From: Candidatus Latescibacterota bacterium
GTDB lineage: Bacteria; Latescibacterota; UBA2968
Assembly (NCBI GenBank): GCA_965204745.1
Contig: OZ242010.1
Location: forward strand, 1,216,001 to 1,280,000
Length of the DNA: 64,000 nt
Direction of reading: 5' to 3'
Shown here one piece after another: positions 41,046 to 48,720 of this stretch. The position numbers were made by a program, and so were the translations under genes. Below the pieces are notes generated by a model. It had not been told where the DNA came from. It did no database searches and was given only the letters and a program-made list of their open reading frames with translations. Positions within the stretch are counted from its first letter, which is position 1; every line of letters starts with the position of its first letter.

Positions 41046-41503
41046 TCCCATTCGAGATCGGTGCAAACCTCCTGTCCATCCAAGTTTGGGACGCTGAAAG
41101 CAGGTGGACAATCATCCGTTTGGGAGGGGGAGATGGATTAACGGATCCCTCATTCTACATCTCCAGTTTCATTTTTGACCAAATGGCCTTTGACCTTGCA
41201 ATGGGGCTTACCTCCGTGTCCAGAGGAAATGGCGGAAGTTCGCGGACTTTATGGACGGGACACAGTGGGATCACGTACTTTCTGCAAGAGGGAAACGCAC
41301 CTTATGTCAAGTCTTTTGCGACAATTTGGGGCGGTAGTGGATCCGATTCCTCATTTAGTGCGGGTGTAGGCATAGGCTATCGCCATGTTGTCCAAAACAT
41401 AATGGCCCTCAGATTCGAGGCACGGTACGTGCGCTTGCTCGAAGCGAGAGAGAACCACATCAACATCCGCATGACCTTTGGCGTCGTTCTGGGAGGGAAA
41501 TGA
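40730..41503 (+). CDS. Exported/outer-membrane protein B (shared N-module plus small beta-barrel-like C-domain)
   Basis: Same RBS and N-terminus as protein A; amphipathic strands AGVGIGYRH and LRFEARYVR. Confidence 0.75.
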   Translation: MARLVAIVLILGMYRPDTLLAGVVFEAGEIDSNAVQPGAFVEVIYGKGERHSDTGAWEKLETVRGYLKAMDEEHITIGGRFWQKEIAAERVQKLTVLDSERPARKFPFEIGANLLSIQVWDAESRWTIIRLGGGDGLTDPSFYISSFIFDQMAFDLAMGLTSVSRGNGGSSRTLWTGHSGITYFLQEGNAPYVKSFATIWGGSGSDSSFSAGVGIGYRHVVQNIMALRFEARYVRLLEARENHINIRMTFGVVLGGK

Positions 41504-41504
41504 C

Positions 41505-41678
41505 ATGAGACGATCTATTTTTGTTCTGCTATGCCTGATGGTGGCGAGCACGGGATTCGCCCAAGATCGCGTCCCAGCAGTCATGGCGACTTTTCTCGCG
41601 CTTCCCAACAACGCCCGAGCCGCTGCCTTGGGCGAGGCCGGCGTGGGATTGATCGGGAGTGGATCTGCCATTTTCTAA
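41505..41678 (+). pseudogene. Truncated PorV/PorQ-family outer-membrane protein
   Basis: Signal peptide plus FLALPNNARAAALGEAGVG...SAIF, then a stop just before the expected WNP motif. Confidence 0.65.
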
Positions 41679-41700
41679 CTCGCGTTACGCAAAGCAATGA

Positions 41701-41740
41701 CAAAACGCCCGGGTTCGCAATGAACTCGGGCGTTTTGTTT
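41701..41740. terminator. Bidirectional terminator
   Basis: CAAAACGCCCGGGTTC/GAACTCGGGCGTTTTG between convergent genes. Confidence 0.8.
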
Positions 41741-41746
41741 TCGCGG

Positions 41747-43660
41747 TTAGCGGTCGGCAGATCGTCGTTGTACAGCAGTCAGAACGAGCAAGAGCGCCGC
41801 GCCGATAGCGTGGCACGTCCACAACGGCCAGAGCAGGAGCACGGCGGCGAGAAAAAACAAGACCCGGTGCAGAACAGTCAGCGGTCTCATGTGAAATCCC
41901 TCGGACGCGGCCGCAAAGGCCAGCAGCCCGAGCAGGGCCGCAATCGCGGTCTCAATGACGCGCCAGAGTTCCCCTTCAAACAGGATGGGCGTGTAGCAAA
42001 AGAGCAGGGGGACAAAGTAAATCGCCTTGGCAATGCGCCACGACTCAACGCCCGTCCGCAGTGGATTGGCCCCTGCAATGCCCGCGGCAGAATACGCGGC
42101 CAGACAAACCGGCGGCGTGACATTGGCATCTTGCGAATACCAAAAAATCAGCAAATGCGCGGCGATGAGACTCACGCCCAAATCGGTCAGCGCGGGCGCG
42201 GCCAGCACCGCGAGCACGATATAAGACGCCGTCACCGGAAGGCCCATGCCCAAAATCAGGGACGCAACCGCGATCAGCACAACCGTAATGAGCACACTGC
42301 TTCCGGCTATCGCCGAGATCAGCAACGAGAATTTGATGCCGATGCCGACCATCAACACGATCCCGACGATGATCCCCGCGCACAGGAGAATAATGCCCGT
42401 CGTAACCATGTTTTGAGCGCCTAAGGCGAGCGCGTCAACCACATCGCGGAGGGTCATGCGCGTGTGCTTGTGCAACCAACTCGCGACCACGATGCTCGCG
42501 GTGCCAACCGCCGCCGCATAAGTGGGGGTGAAGCCGTAAATGAGCATCCCCACGAGCACGGCAATGGGAATGGCAAAATGCCAGCCCTCGCGCACGATAT
42601 CCCCGAGACTCGGAATCTCCGCCGCATCCAAGGGCGCGAGCCCCTGCTTGCGCGCGCGAAAATGAATAAAAAAGACCACGCTCAAAAAGTAGATGAGCGC
42701 GGGAATAAAGGAGACCGCGACGATGGTGAGATAGGGAATTTGCGTCCACTGGCTCATGATAAACGCGCCCGCGCCCATAATCGGCGGCATGAGTTGCCCG
42801 CCCGTGGAGGCCGCCGCTTCCACGGCCCCGGAGAAGGTGGGCGAAAAGCCCGTGCGTTTCATCATGGGAATGGTGAGGGATCCGGACCCGACCGTATTCG
42901 CCACGGCACTGCCGGAAATCGAGCCGAGCATGCCGCTGGCAAAAACCGCCATCTTTGCCGGCCCGCCCACGCTTCGCCCGAGCAGCGCGAGTGCCAAGCG
43001 GATCATAAAATCCCCGGCGCCGGATCGCAGTAGAAACGCGCCAAACAGCACAAACAGGGCCACAAAAGTCGATGAAATGGTCGCAATCGTTCCAAAGATG
43101 CCATCGGGCGCGAAATACATGCGATAGAGCAACCGCGTCAGCGACACCCCCGGAAACGCCCAAATCCCGGACAAATACCGCCCCCAAAAAAGCGCGTACG
43201 TGAGAAATCCCAGTGCGAGCACCGGGATAAAAAGACCGCTTGTGCGGCGGGTAATTTCGAGCAACAAGAGAATCGCAAGCCCTGCAAACACGAGATCCGC
43301 TGTATTCGGCACCTCGTTGCGGGCGTGCAGCGCGTCTTCAAAAAACACGAGATACAGCGCGACCACCAGCGACAGGCCCGCCAAAACATAATCCACGACC
43401 AGCGTGCGCGCAACATAGCGCGGGGCAATGGGATAGAGCAAATAGCCCAAAAACAAAATGAGCGCGTAATGCGCCGCGTTGCGCTGCAATTCGGGCAAAA
43501 CGCCCAGCGTATTGCTCCACAAGTGAAACAACGACAAACAAACGCCCACGCCCACGACAACCATGCGATGCGGCCCAACGAGCACGCGCTGTGCGGCACT
43601 CACCTCACCGCTGAAGTCCTGTTCAACATCGCGGGATTGGGTTTCAAGAGATTTTCGCAT
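41747..43660 (-). CDS. TRAP transporter 4TM/12TM fused permease (TAXI type)
   Basis: GGPAKMAV, GSAVAN, EAAASTGGQLMPPIMGAGAF and TPPVCLAAY. Confidence 0.93.
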   Translation of the reverse strand: MRKSLETQSRDVEQDFSGEVSAAQRVLVGPHRMVVVGVGVCLSLFHLWSNTLGVLPELQRNAAHYALILFLGYLLYPIAPRYVARTLVVDYVLAGLSLVVALYLVFFEDALHARNEVPNTADLVFAGLAILLLLEITRRTSGLFIPVLALGFLTYALFWGRYLSGIWAFPGVSLTRLLYRMYFAPDGIFGTIATISSTFVALFVLFGAFLLRSGAGDFMIRLALALLGRSVGGPAKMAVFASGMLGSISGSAVANTVGSGSLTIPMMKRTGFSPTFSGAVEAAASTGGQLMPPIMGAGAFIMSQWTQIPYLTIVAVSFIPALIYFLSVVFFIHFRARKQGLAPLDAAEIPSLGDIVREGWHFAIPIAVLVGMLIYGFTPTYAAAVGTASIVVASWLHKHTRMTLRDVVDALALGAQNMVTTGIILLCAGIIVGIVLMVGIGIKFSLLISAIAGSSVLITVVLIAVASLILGMGLPVTASYIVLAVLAAPALTDLGVSLIAAHLLIFWYSQDANVTPPVCLAAYSAAGIAGANPLRTGVESWRIAKAIYFVPLLFCYTPILFEGELWRVIETAIAALLGLLAFAAASEGFHMRPLTVLHRVLFFLAAVLLLWPLWTCHAIGAALLLVLTAVQRRSADR

Positions 43661-43697
43661 GTCATTGTTGGGGTTGGGAACTGGATGGCCTGACAAT

Positions 43698-44220
43698 TAG
43701 GTTCTGTTGACATTTACGAGCAAAGCAACTGGCTTGAGCGGTTTATCGAGAAAATCAAGCTCTATCGCAGAATAGGCTCTCGGTTTGAGAAACTGAAACA
43801 GTCGCTCCTTATCGGGACCTACCCCCCTAACCCCCGTTGCTCGCTCCGCTTCGTTGTAGGCTACGCCTGTGCCTGCGAGGAAGGGGGAATGGCGAGCGGT
43901 TTTGCGAGGGGGACCTACCCCCTAGCCCCCTTCCTACGAGGAAGGGGGAATGGCGAGCGGTTTTGCGAGGGGATGGTGTGAGGGATTTTTAATCGCTTTA
44001 TGCCCTCGGTCAATGCCATCAGATCAACCCTTGATATAAGCCATCAAAGGGACTTTACTCCCCTTTCCTTGTAGGAAAGGGGCCGGGGGATAGGTCCCCT
44101 CGCGCAACGCCATCAGAGCAACCTAAGCCATCAAAGGACCAAACGCCTTAAATGAGCAAGAAGCAACACAGTTGCTACTCTGTGCGTAAAGATAAAAAAA
44201 TGAAATGTCAACACAACCTA
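43698..44220. mobile_element. Modular IS5-derived MITE, complete copy B
   Basis: TA+GGTTCTGTTGACATTT ... AAATGTCAACACAACC+TA, inserted in a CTGACAA heptamer array. Confidence 0.85.
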
Positions 44221-44242
44221 CTGACAACTGACAACTGACAAC

Positions 44243-44839
44243 GGCGTTGTTGCATAAATAGCTATTGCCTGCAAGTTGGGATTGCAAAAAGACAGGCTCC
44301 TTCGTAGATTGGGCATATTTATCATCGAAACCACTCACCCTTTCTCACTAGGAACCTGTCATGCCCAAGATAACCGCTTCCAAGACCGCCGTCAAGGCCC
44401 CTCGTCGCCCTCGTCGCCCGCGCTGTGCGCCTGTCTATCGGGTTCGGAACTGGGCGGCCTACGAGGCCGGTCTCAAGTAGCGGGGCAGTCTGACGTTTTG
44501 GATCACGCCGCAAGCCCTTCGGGACTGGTACCATCAAGGGCCAACGCAACGGGGGAGGCCATACACCTTTTCAGATTTGGCTATTCAAACGGCATTGATG
44601 TTGCGCTTGGTCTCTGCCTTGCTCCTGCGTCAAACCGAGGGGTTTCTCACGTCCATCCTGGCGTTGATGGGGGTGGCTTTGCGCGTGCCCGATCACACGA
44701 CCCTCTGCCGGCGACAGGGCGATTTGGACATTCGCATGATGAGGATCGCGAAACCCGTGTCCTATCCCATAGAAAGAGGGGCTTAAATCTCGCGGGAAAG
44801 GGACGAACTTAGCCACGACAACATTTATGCAACAACGCC
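44243..44839 (+). mobile_element. IS5 family (IS903 group) element with internal deletion and nonsense codon
   Basis: Perfect 17-bp IR GGCGTTGTTGCATAAAT; YRVRNWAAYEAGLK*RGSLTFW...LRQTEG...PDHTTLCRR joined to the C-terminal RMMRIAKPVSY. Confidence 0.88.
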
Positions 44840-45015
44840 ATACACAGAAAAAAAATACCACACTTAGGCGCGGTTTTGAGCGAGAATTTCGTTCTATTGG
44901 GGATCTGTGCAATTTTCGTTCCAAAACAAAAAGCGCGACGGAAAAATTCCGCCGCGCTTTGCGGTTAAATGATACCCCATCGCCGAGGCAAGCGGGAGGT
45001 GGGTTTCAATCCGCC

Positions 45016-45594
45016 TCACTGCTTTTCGGTGTGTTCAGACGAGTCCTCCATCTCGGATTGTTTTTCCGAGTGGTCGTGATGCCAACCGCGTCGACCGTGG
45101 AAACCGCCGCGTCCCCTGAAGCCATAGTGGTTGCCCATCCACGGCCCGCCGCGTCCTCTGAACCGATGCCCACCGCGACCGCGGAACCCCTTGCGGCCCC
45201 CGCGAGGGTGCATCTCGCCGAGCTTTTCCCGTTGCTCTGGGGTAAGCACATTTCTGATCGCCATGTCGCGTTGAATCTCGTGCGCCATGATTTTGCCCTG
45301 TGCCGCCATCAGCGCGTCGATTTTGGCTTGAATATCCGAGGCGGTCGGATTGTCCTGTGTGCGAGCCTCGCGCAAATCGAGTCGCGCTTTTTGGTATGTA
45401 GCGCGCAAGTCGATCATCGCTTTTTGATGCTCGGTTTTGAGGTCTTCCAGCGTCGTCTTTTGCTCGTCCGTCAGGTCCAATGCGGCCATGGACTTGTGGG
45501 CGCGTTTGCCCTTGTGACTTTTGGCGTGCACCACAAAAGCCGCGCATCCAATGACGAGAACCCCGATCACTGCGTAGAGAATTTTGCGTTTCAT
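45016..45594 (-). CDS. Spy/CpxP family periplasmic chaperone-like protein
   Basis: Signal peptide with LDLTDEQK and VLTPEQR (LTxxQ) motifs. Confidence 0.85.
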   Translation of the reverse strand: MKRKILYAVIGVLVIGCAAFVVHAKSHKGKRAHKSMAALDLTDEQKTTLEDLKTEHQKAMIDLRATYQKARLDLREARTQDNPTASDIQAKIDALMAAQGKIMAHEIQRDMAIRNVLTPEQREKLGEMHPRGGRKGFRGRGGHRFRGRGGPWMGNHYGFRGRGGFHGRRGWHHDHSEKQSEMEDSSEHTEKQ

Positions 45595-45706
45595 CGTACT
45601 CCTCCTCCTGTGTCAACAGCCGCGGAACGGGTCTTTCCCGGGGTGCGAACTGTTTGTGAATGTGACCTTCCGATGTGTTCAGGCCGGCATCTGAACACCG
45701 AGAAGG

Positions 45707-46123
45707 TTATGGCCCTCGGCGAGGGCCGGGTGGGTGGTCGGGCTGAAGACCGCGACGGCCGCCACCTCGGCCGCGAAATCCTCGGCGCCTGTTTCTCTTT
45801 TCAAATTTTTCAAATTGCTCGGGCGTGAGAATGTCCTTGACTTGATCGCGCAATTTTTGTTCCTGCAAGCGCATGTCGTCGCCAATTCGCTGCCGCATGG
45901 TTTCGATGTCGCGCCGGTTGTCTTGAAATGCCCGTTGGATGGCTTTTTTTTGCGCGTCCGAGAGCGCGAGATCATGGCCCAAGCGCTCGACCACGCCCTG
46001 GTATGGACGCCCGCGAGGGCCGGGTGGGCGCGAAAGCCTGCGTTCGGCAATGACGCCACACACCAAGCCGAGGGCGAAAATGCCCAGCAACAAAACAATG
46101 GCTTGGACGCGATGGGAAAACAT
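45707..46123 (-). CDS. Membrane-anchored LTxxQ-motif protein
   Basis: TM segment, LALSDAQK and ILTPEQ. Confidence 0.75.
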   Translation of the reverse strand: MFSHRVQAIVLLLGIFALGLVCGVIAERRLSRPPGPRGRPYQGVVERLGHDLALSDAQKKAIQRAFQDNRRDIETMRQRIGDDMRLQEQKLRDQVKDILTPEQFEKFEKRNRRRGFRGRGGGRRGLQPDHPPGPRRGP

Positions 46124-46131
46124 GGCAAATC

Positions 46132-46530
46132 CTACTCGGGATAAATGACCAAACTGTCCGCTTGGACCTCGGACAACACCAGTTCGGTTTGCGAATCAAA
46201 ATAATCGGCAACCACATTGGCTTCGGTATCCGCATTGTCGATCAGCACCAGCACCGTCACAGCGGCGGCAGCGGCCAAGGGGACGAGGCGTTTGCCGGCC
46301 CAAACCAAACTGCGCCACAGGCTTTCCGCTCGAATGCGCGCGTGGACACCCGCCCACAGGCCCGGCGAGGGTTGTGACGGACGCTGGCACAAGCGATTTT
46401 GCACATGGCAGAGCAACTCGCATTCGGCGCGCAGTTCTGCATCTTCTCGCATTCGGGCTTCTAGCTCGCACGCTTGTTCTGCGGACAGGTCGCCGTCGAT
46501 ATAGTGCAACAATTTGTCGCGGTCCGTCAT
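46132..46530 (-). CDS. Putative anti-sigma factor
   Basis: LLHYIDGDLS...ELE N-terminal domain and single TM, directly after the ECF sigma gene. Confidence 0.8.
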   Translation of the reverse strand: MTDRDKLLHYIDGDLSAEQACELEARMREDAELRAECELLCHVQNRLCQRPSQPSPGLWAGVHARIRAESLWRSLVWAGKRLVPLAAAAAVTVLVLIDNADTEANVVADYFDSQTELVLSEVQADSLVIYPE

Positions 46531-46531
46531 G

Positions 46532-47110
46532 TCATTCCCTCCATTCGCGGTACAGGGGCATCAACAAGTCGCGCAACCGCGCCCGCGCCCGCGAGAGCCT
46601 CGATTTCACCGTGCCGATAGATAGCCCTAAAACGCCGGCGATTTCCTCTTGTGACAGGTCTTCGATATCCTTGAGCACCACCACTGCGCGATGTTCGGGC
46701 GACAACAGGTCGAGCACGGTTTGAATTTGGTCGCGCAGGCCAATGTGGTCGATGTCATTTTGCGGTTCGTCCGTGCCCCAAAACCGGTCGAGGAACATCG
46801 CGTTGGCCTCTTGCATGCCGTCGAGGGAGATGCTGTCTGGCCGCCTGTGTTCGCGCTTGGCAACCGTGAGGCAAACATTGGTGGCGATGCGATAGAGATA
46901 GGTGTAAAAACTCGACTTGCCCTCAAACTTTCCCAGTGCGCGATACGCCCTGATAAACGCTTCTTGCGCCGCGTCCTTTGCGGCTTCGCGGTCGCCGATG
47001 ATCGAACAGGCCAAGCCGTAGATGCGGTCTTCATAGCGTTCGACGAGATGGCGGAATGCCTGCACATCGCCCTGTTGGCATTGGCGGATCAGATCGTGTT
47101 CATCGCGCAT
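46532..47110 (-). CDS. ECF RNA polymerase sigma factor (RpoE-like)
   Basis: DAAQEAFIRAY, SFYTYLYRIATN and GTVKSRLSRAR. Confidence 0.93.
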   Translation of the reverse strand: MRDEHDLIRQCQQGDVQAFRHLVERYEDRIYGLACSIIGDREAAKDAAQEAFIRAYRALGKFEGKSSFYTYLYRIATNVCLTVAKREHRRPDSISLDGMQEANAMFLDRFWGTDEPQNDIDHIGLRDQIQTVLDLLSPEHRAVVVLKDIEDLSQEEIAGVLGLSIGTVKSRLSRARARLRDLLMPLYREWRE

Positions 47111-47153
47111 TCGGAATCGGGTTTGGGGTTGCGATCAGTGGTGCTTCACGGGA

Positions 47154-47182
47154 TTAGACCACAAAATCAACATGGGCGTTCC
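47154..47182 (-). promoter_or_regulatory. Putative autoregulatory ECF promoter
   Basis: GGAAC-N18-GTCTAA about 45 nt upstream of the sigma ATG, matching the RpoE-type consensus. Confidence 0.55.
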
Positions 47183-47281
47183 GAAAAAAACCACCCGTGC
47201 GTGCCCCGCTCATCCACCCAACCGCCCGTGCGTGCCCATCCCGCCCTCACCCCGCCGTGTGCGATCCCACACCACCGCCCC

Positions 47282-47486
47282 TTGATGGCGTTGCGCGAGG
47301 GGACCTATCCCCCGGCCCCGTTATTCGCTTCGCTCATTGTAGGCTACGCCTGTGCCTACAAGGAAAGGGGAGTAAAGTTCCTTTGATGGCTTATATCAAT
47401 GGCTACTCTGATGGCGTTGTGCGAGGGCATCAAGCGATTAAAAATCCCTCATCATTCCCCTCGCAAAACCACTCACAGTTCCCCCT
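47282..47486. repeat. Internal modules of the MITE family, interrupted by IS110
   Basis: Matches the interior of copy A; the remainder (GGGTAGGTCCCAA) resumes at about 48400. Confidence 0.8.
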
Positions 47487-47550
47487 TGTATCTTGGGATC
47501 AAGGGTTAATTAGGTGTTGCGCCCTCGTATCGAGATAAGCCATCTTGATG

Positions 47551-47676
47551 CTCGGCTCGGGGAAGGCCGGTTCCCCCTTGCAGGCAATGACCTTGTCAGG
47601 AAGAGAGGCCCCCCGACCGCCGAGTCTATGCCGAAGAGTATCTAAATCCATCGAGGCTGCATATACAAGGTCGGTA
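47551..47676 (+). ncRNA. IS110 bridge RNA (target- and donor-binding loops)
   Basis: Two stem/internal-loop/hairpin units. Guides GTTCCCCCT (47570-78), CAGGAAG (47597-603), AGAGTATCT (47635-43) and ATACAAG (47663-69); first and last match the element's own junction. Confidence 0.8.
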
Positions 47677-47754
47677 GGCTTGGCGCGAATGGTCGGGACG
47701 CGACCCCGAGCGCACCTCAGATCCCTTACAGACCCCTCATCACAGGAGGCCCCC

Positions 47755-48364
47755 ATGTCGAACTCTCAACCCGCTTTTGCCGGCATTGATGTCAGTGCCC
47801 GCACGTTGTCCGTTGCCCTGTCCAGACCTGGACAAGATGTCCTGCAAGCGACCTTTGACAATGATCCCCGGGCGCATAAGCGGTTGCTGAAGTAGGGGCG
47901 AATAATTATTCTCCCCTACTCACCAAGGGCGGACACATGGTCATGGTCTCTGTCTGCCTCGAAGCGACCGGGCTTTACAGCTTGGGGGTGGCCTTGGCCT
48001 TGCATCGGCATCGCCACACGCAGGTCATGGTCGTCAATCCCAAGGCGATGAGCAAGTACGCCCAAGCCTGCATGCAACGGGCGAAGACGGATGCGAAGGA
48101 TGCGTTGTTGATCCTCGATCCGGGACTGCCAATCCACAAAGACGCATCTCGAAAACCGGGAATAAGTATCTCCGCCATGCCCTCTATATGCCTGCCTGGG
48201 TGGCCAGCAGACACGAAGTCCATGTCAAAGCCTTCTATGACCAACTCATTGCCAGAGGCAAGAAACCTTTGCAGGCTATCGTTGCGGTGATGCGAAAGTT
48301 GCTCCATCCGATCTGGGGCATGTTGCGGCATGACCAAGATTTTGAGGGCGAAACACCTAATTAA
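47755..48364 (+). pseudogene. IS110 DEDD recombinase pseudogene
   Basis: GIDVS, CLEATG and KTDAKDA, then SGT...ISKTGNKYLRHALY...AVMRKLLH in another frame; REP insertion at 47892-47919 and a large central deletion. Confidence 0.88.
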
Positions 48365-48528
48365 CCCTTACTTCCACCAAGATACAAGGGGCTCCAGTAG
48401 GGTAGGTCCCAATTCCCCATAGGGACAGGCCCCTGTGCCTGTCCCAAAAAGTAAAGCCCGAGTTCACTGTGAACCCGGGCTTTACTTTTTTTGCATCGTA
48501 TGCGTGCCCTTTCGCACCCCTTCGTCGT

Positions 48529-48720
48529 TCAGCCTGTCGAGCCAAAGCCGGCGGCGAAGATGAGGAAAAGGGATTCGATCTCTTGCTTTCGCATATAGAC
48601 CTGTGCGGCGACGGTCGTATCGCCGAAGGTCGGTATCGGATTGGTCGTCACCGCAATGGCGAACATCAGGGTGTTCTCATCGCCATCTTCATCTGTGGCG
48701 GTCAGGGAACAGGCTTTCAT
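48529..48720 (-). pseudogene. Fragment of an Ig-like repeat
   Basis: SLTATDEDGDENTLMFAIAV...PTFGDTTVAAQVY directly downstream of the large surface protein. Confidence 0.4.

Larger units (their letters stand above)
47485..48388 (+). mobile_element. IS110-family element, decayed, with an inverted second left end
   Basis: Junction GTTCCCC-CT-TGTAT, about 270-bp 5' non-coding end, recombinase relic, and long IR 47482-47526/48344-48391. Confidence 0.85.
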
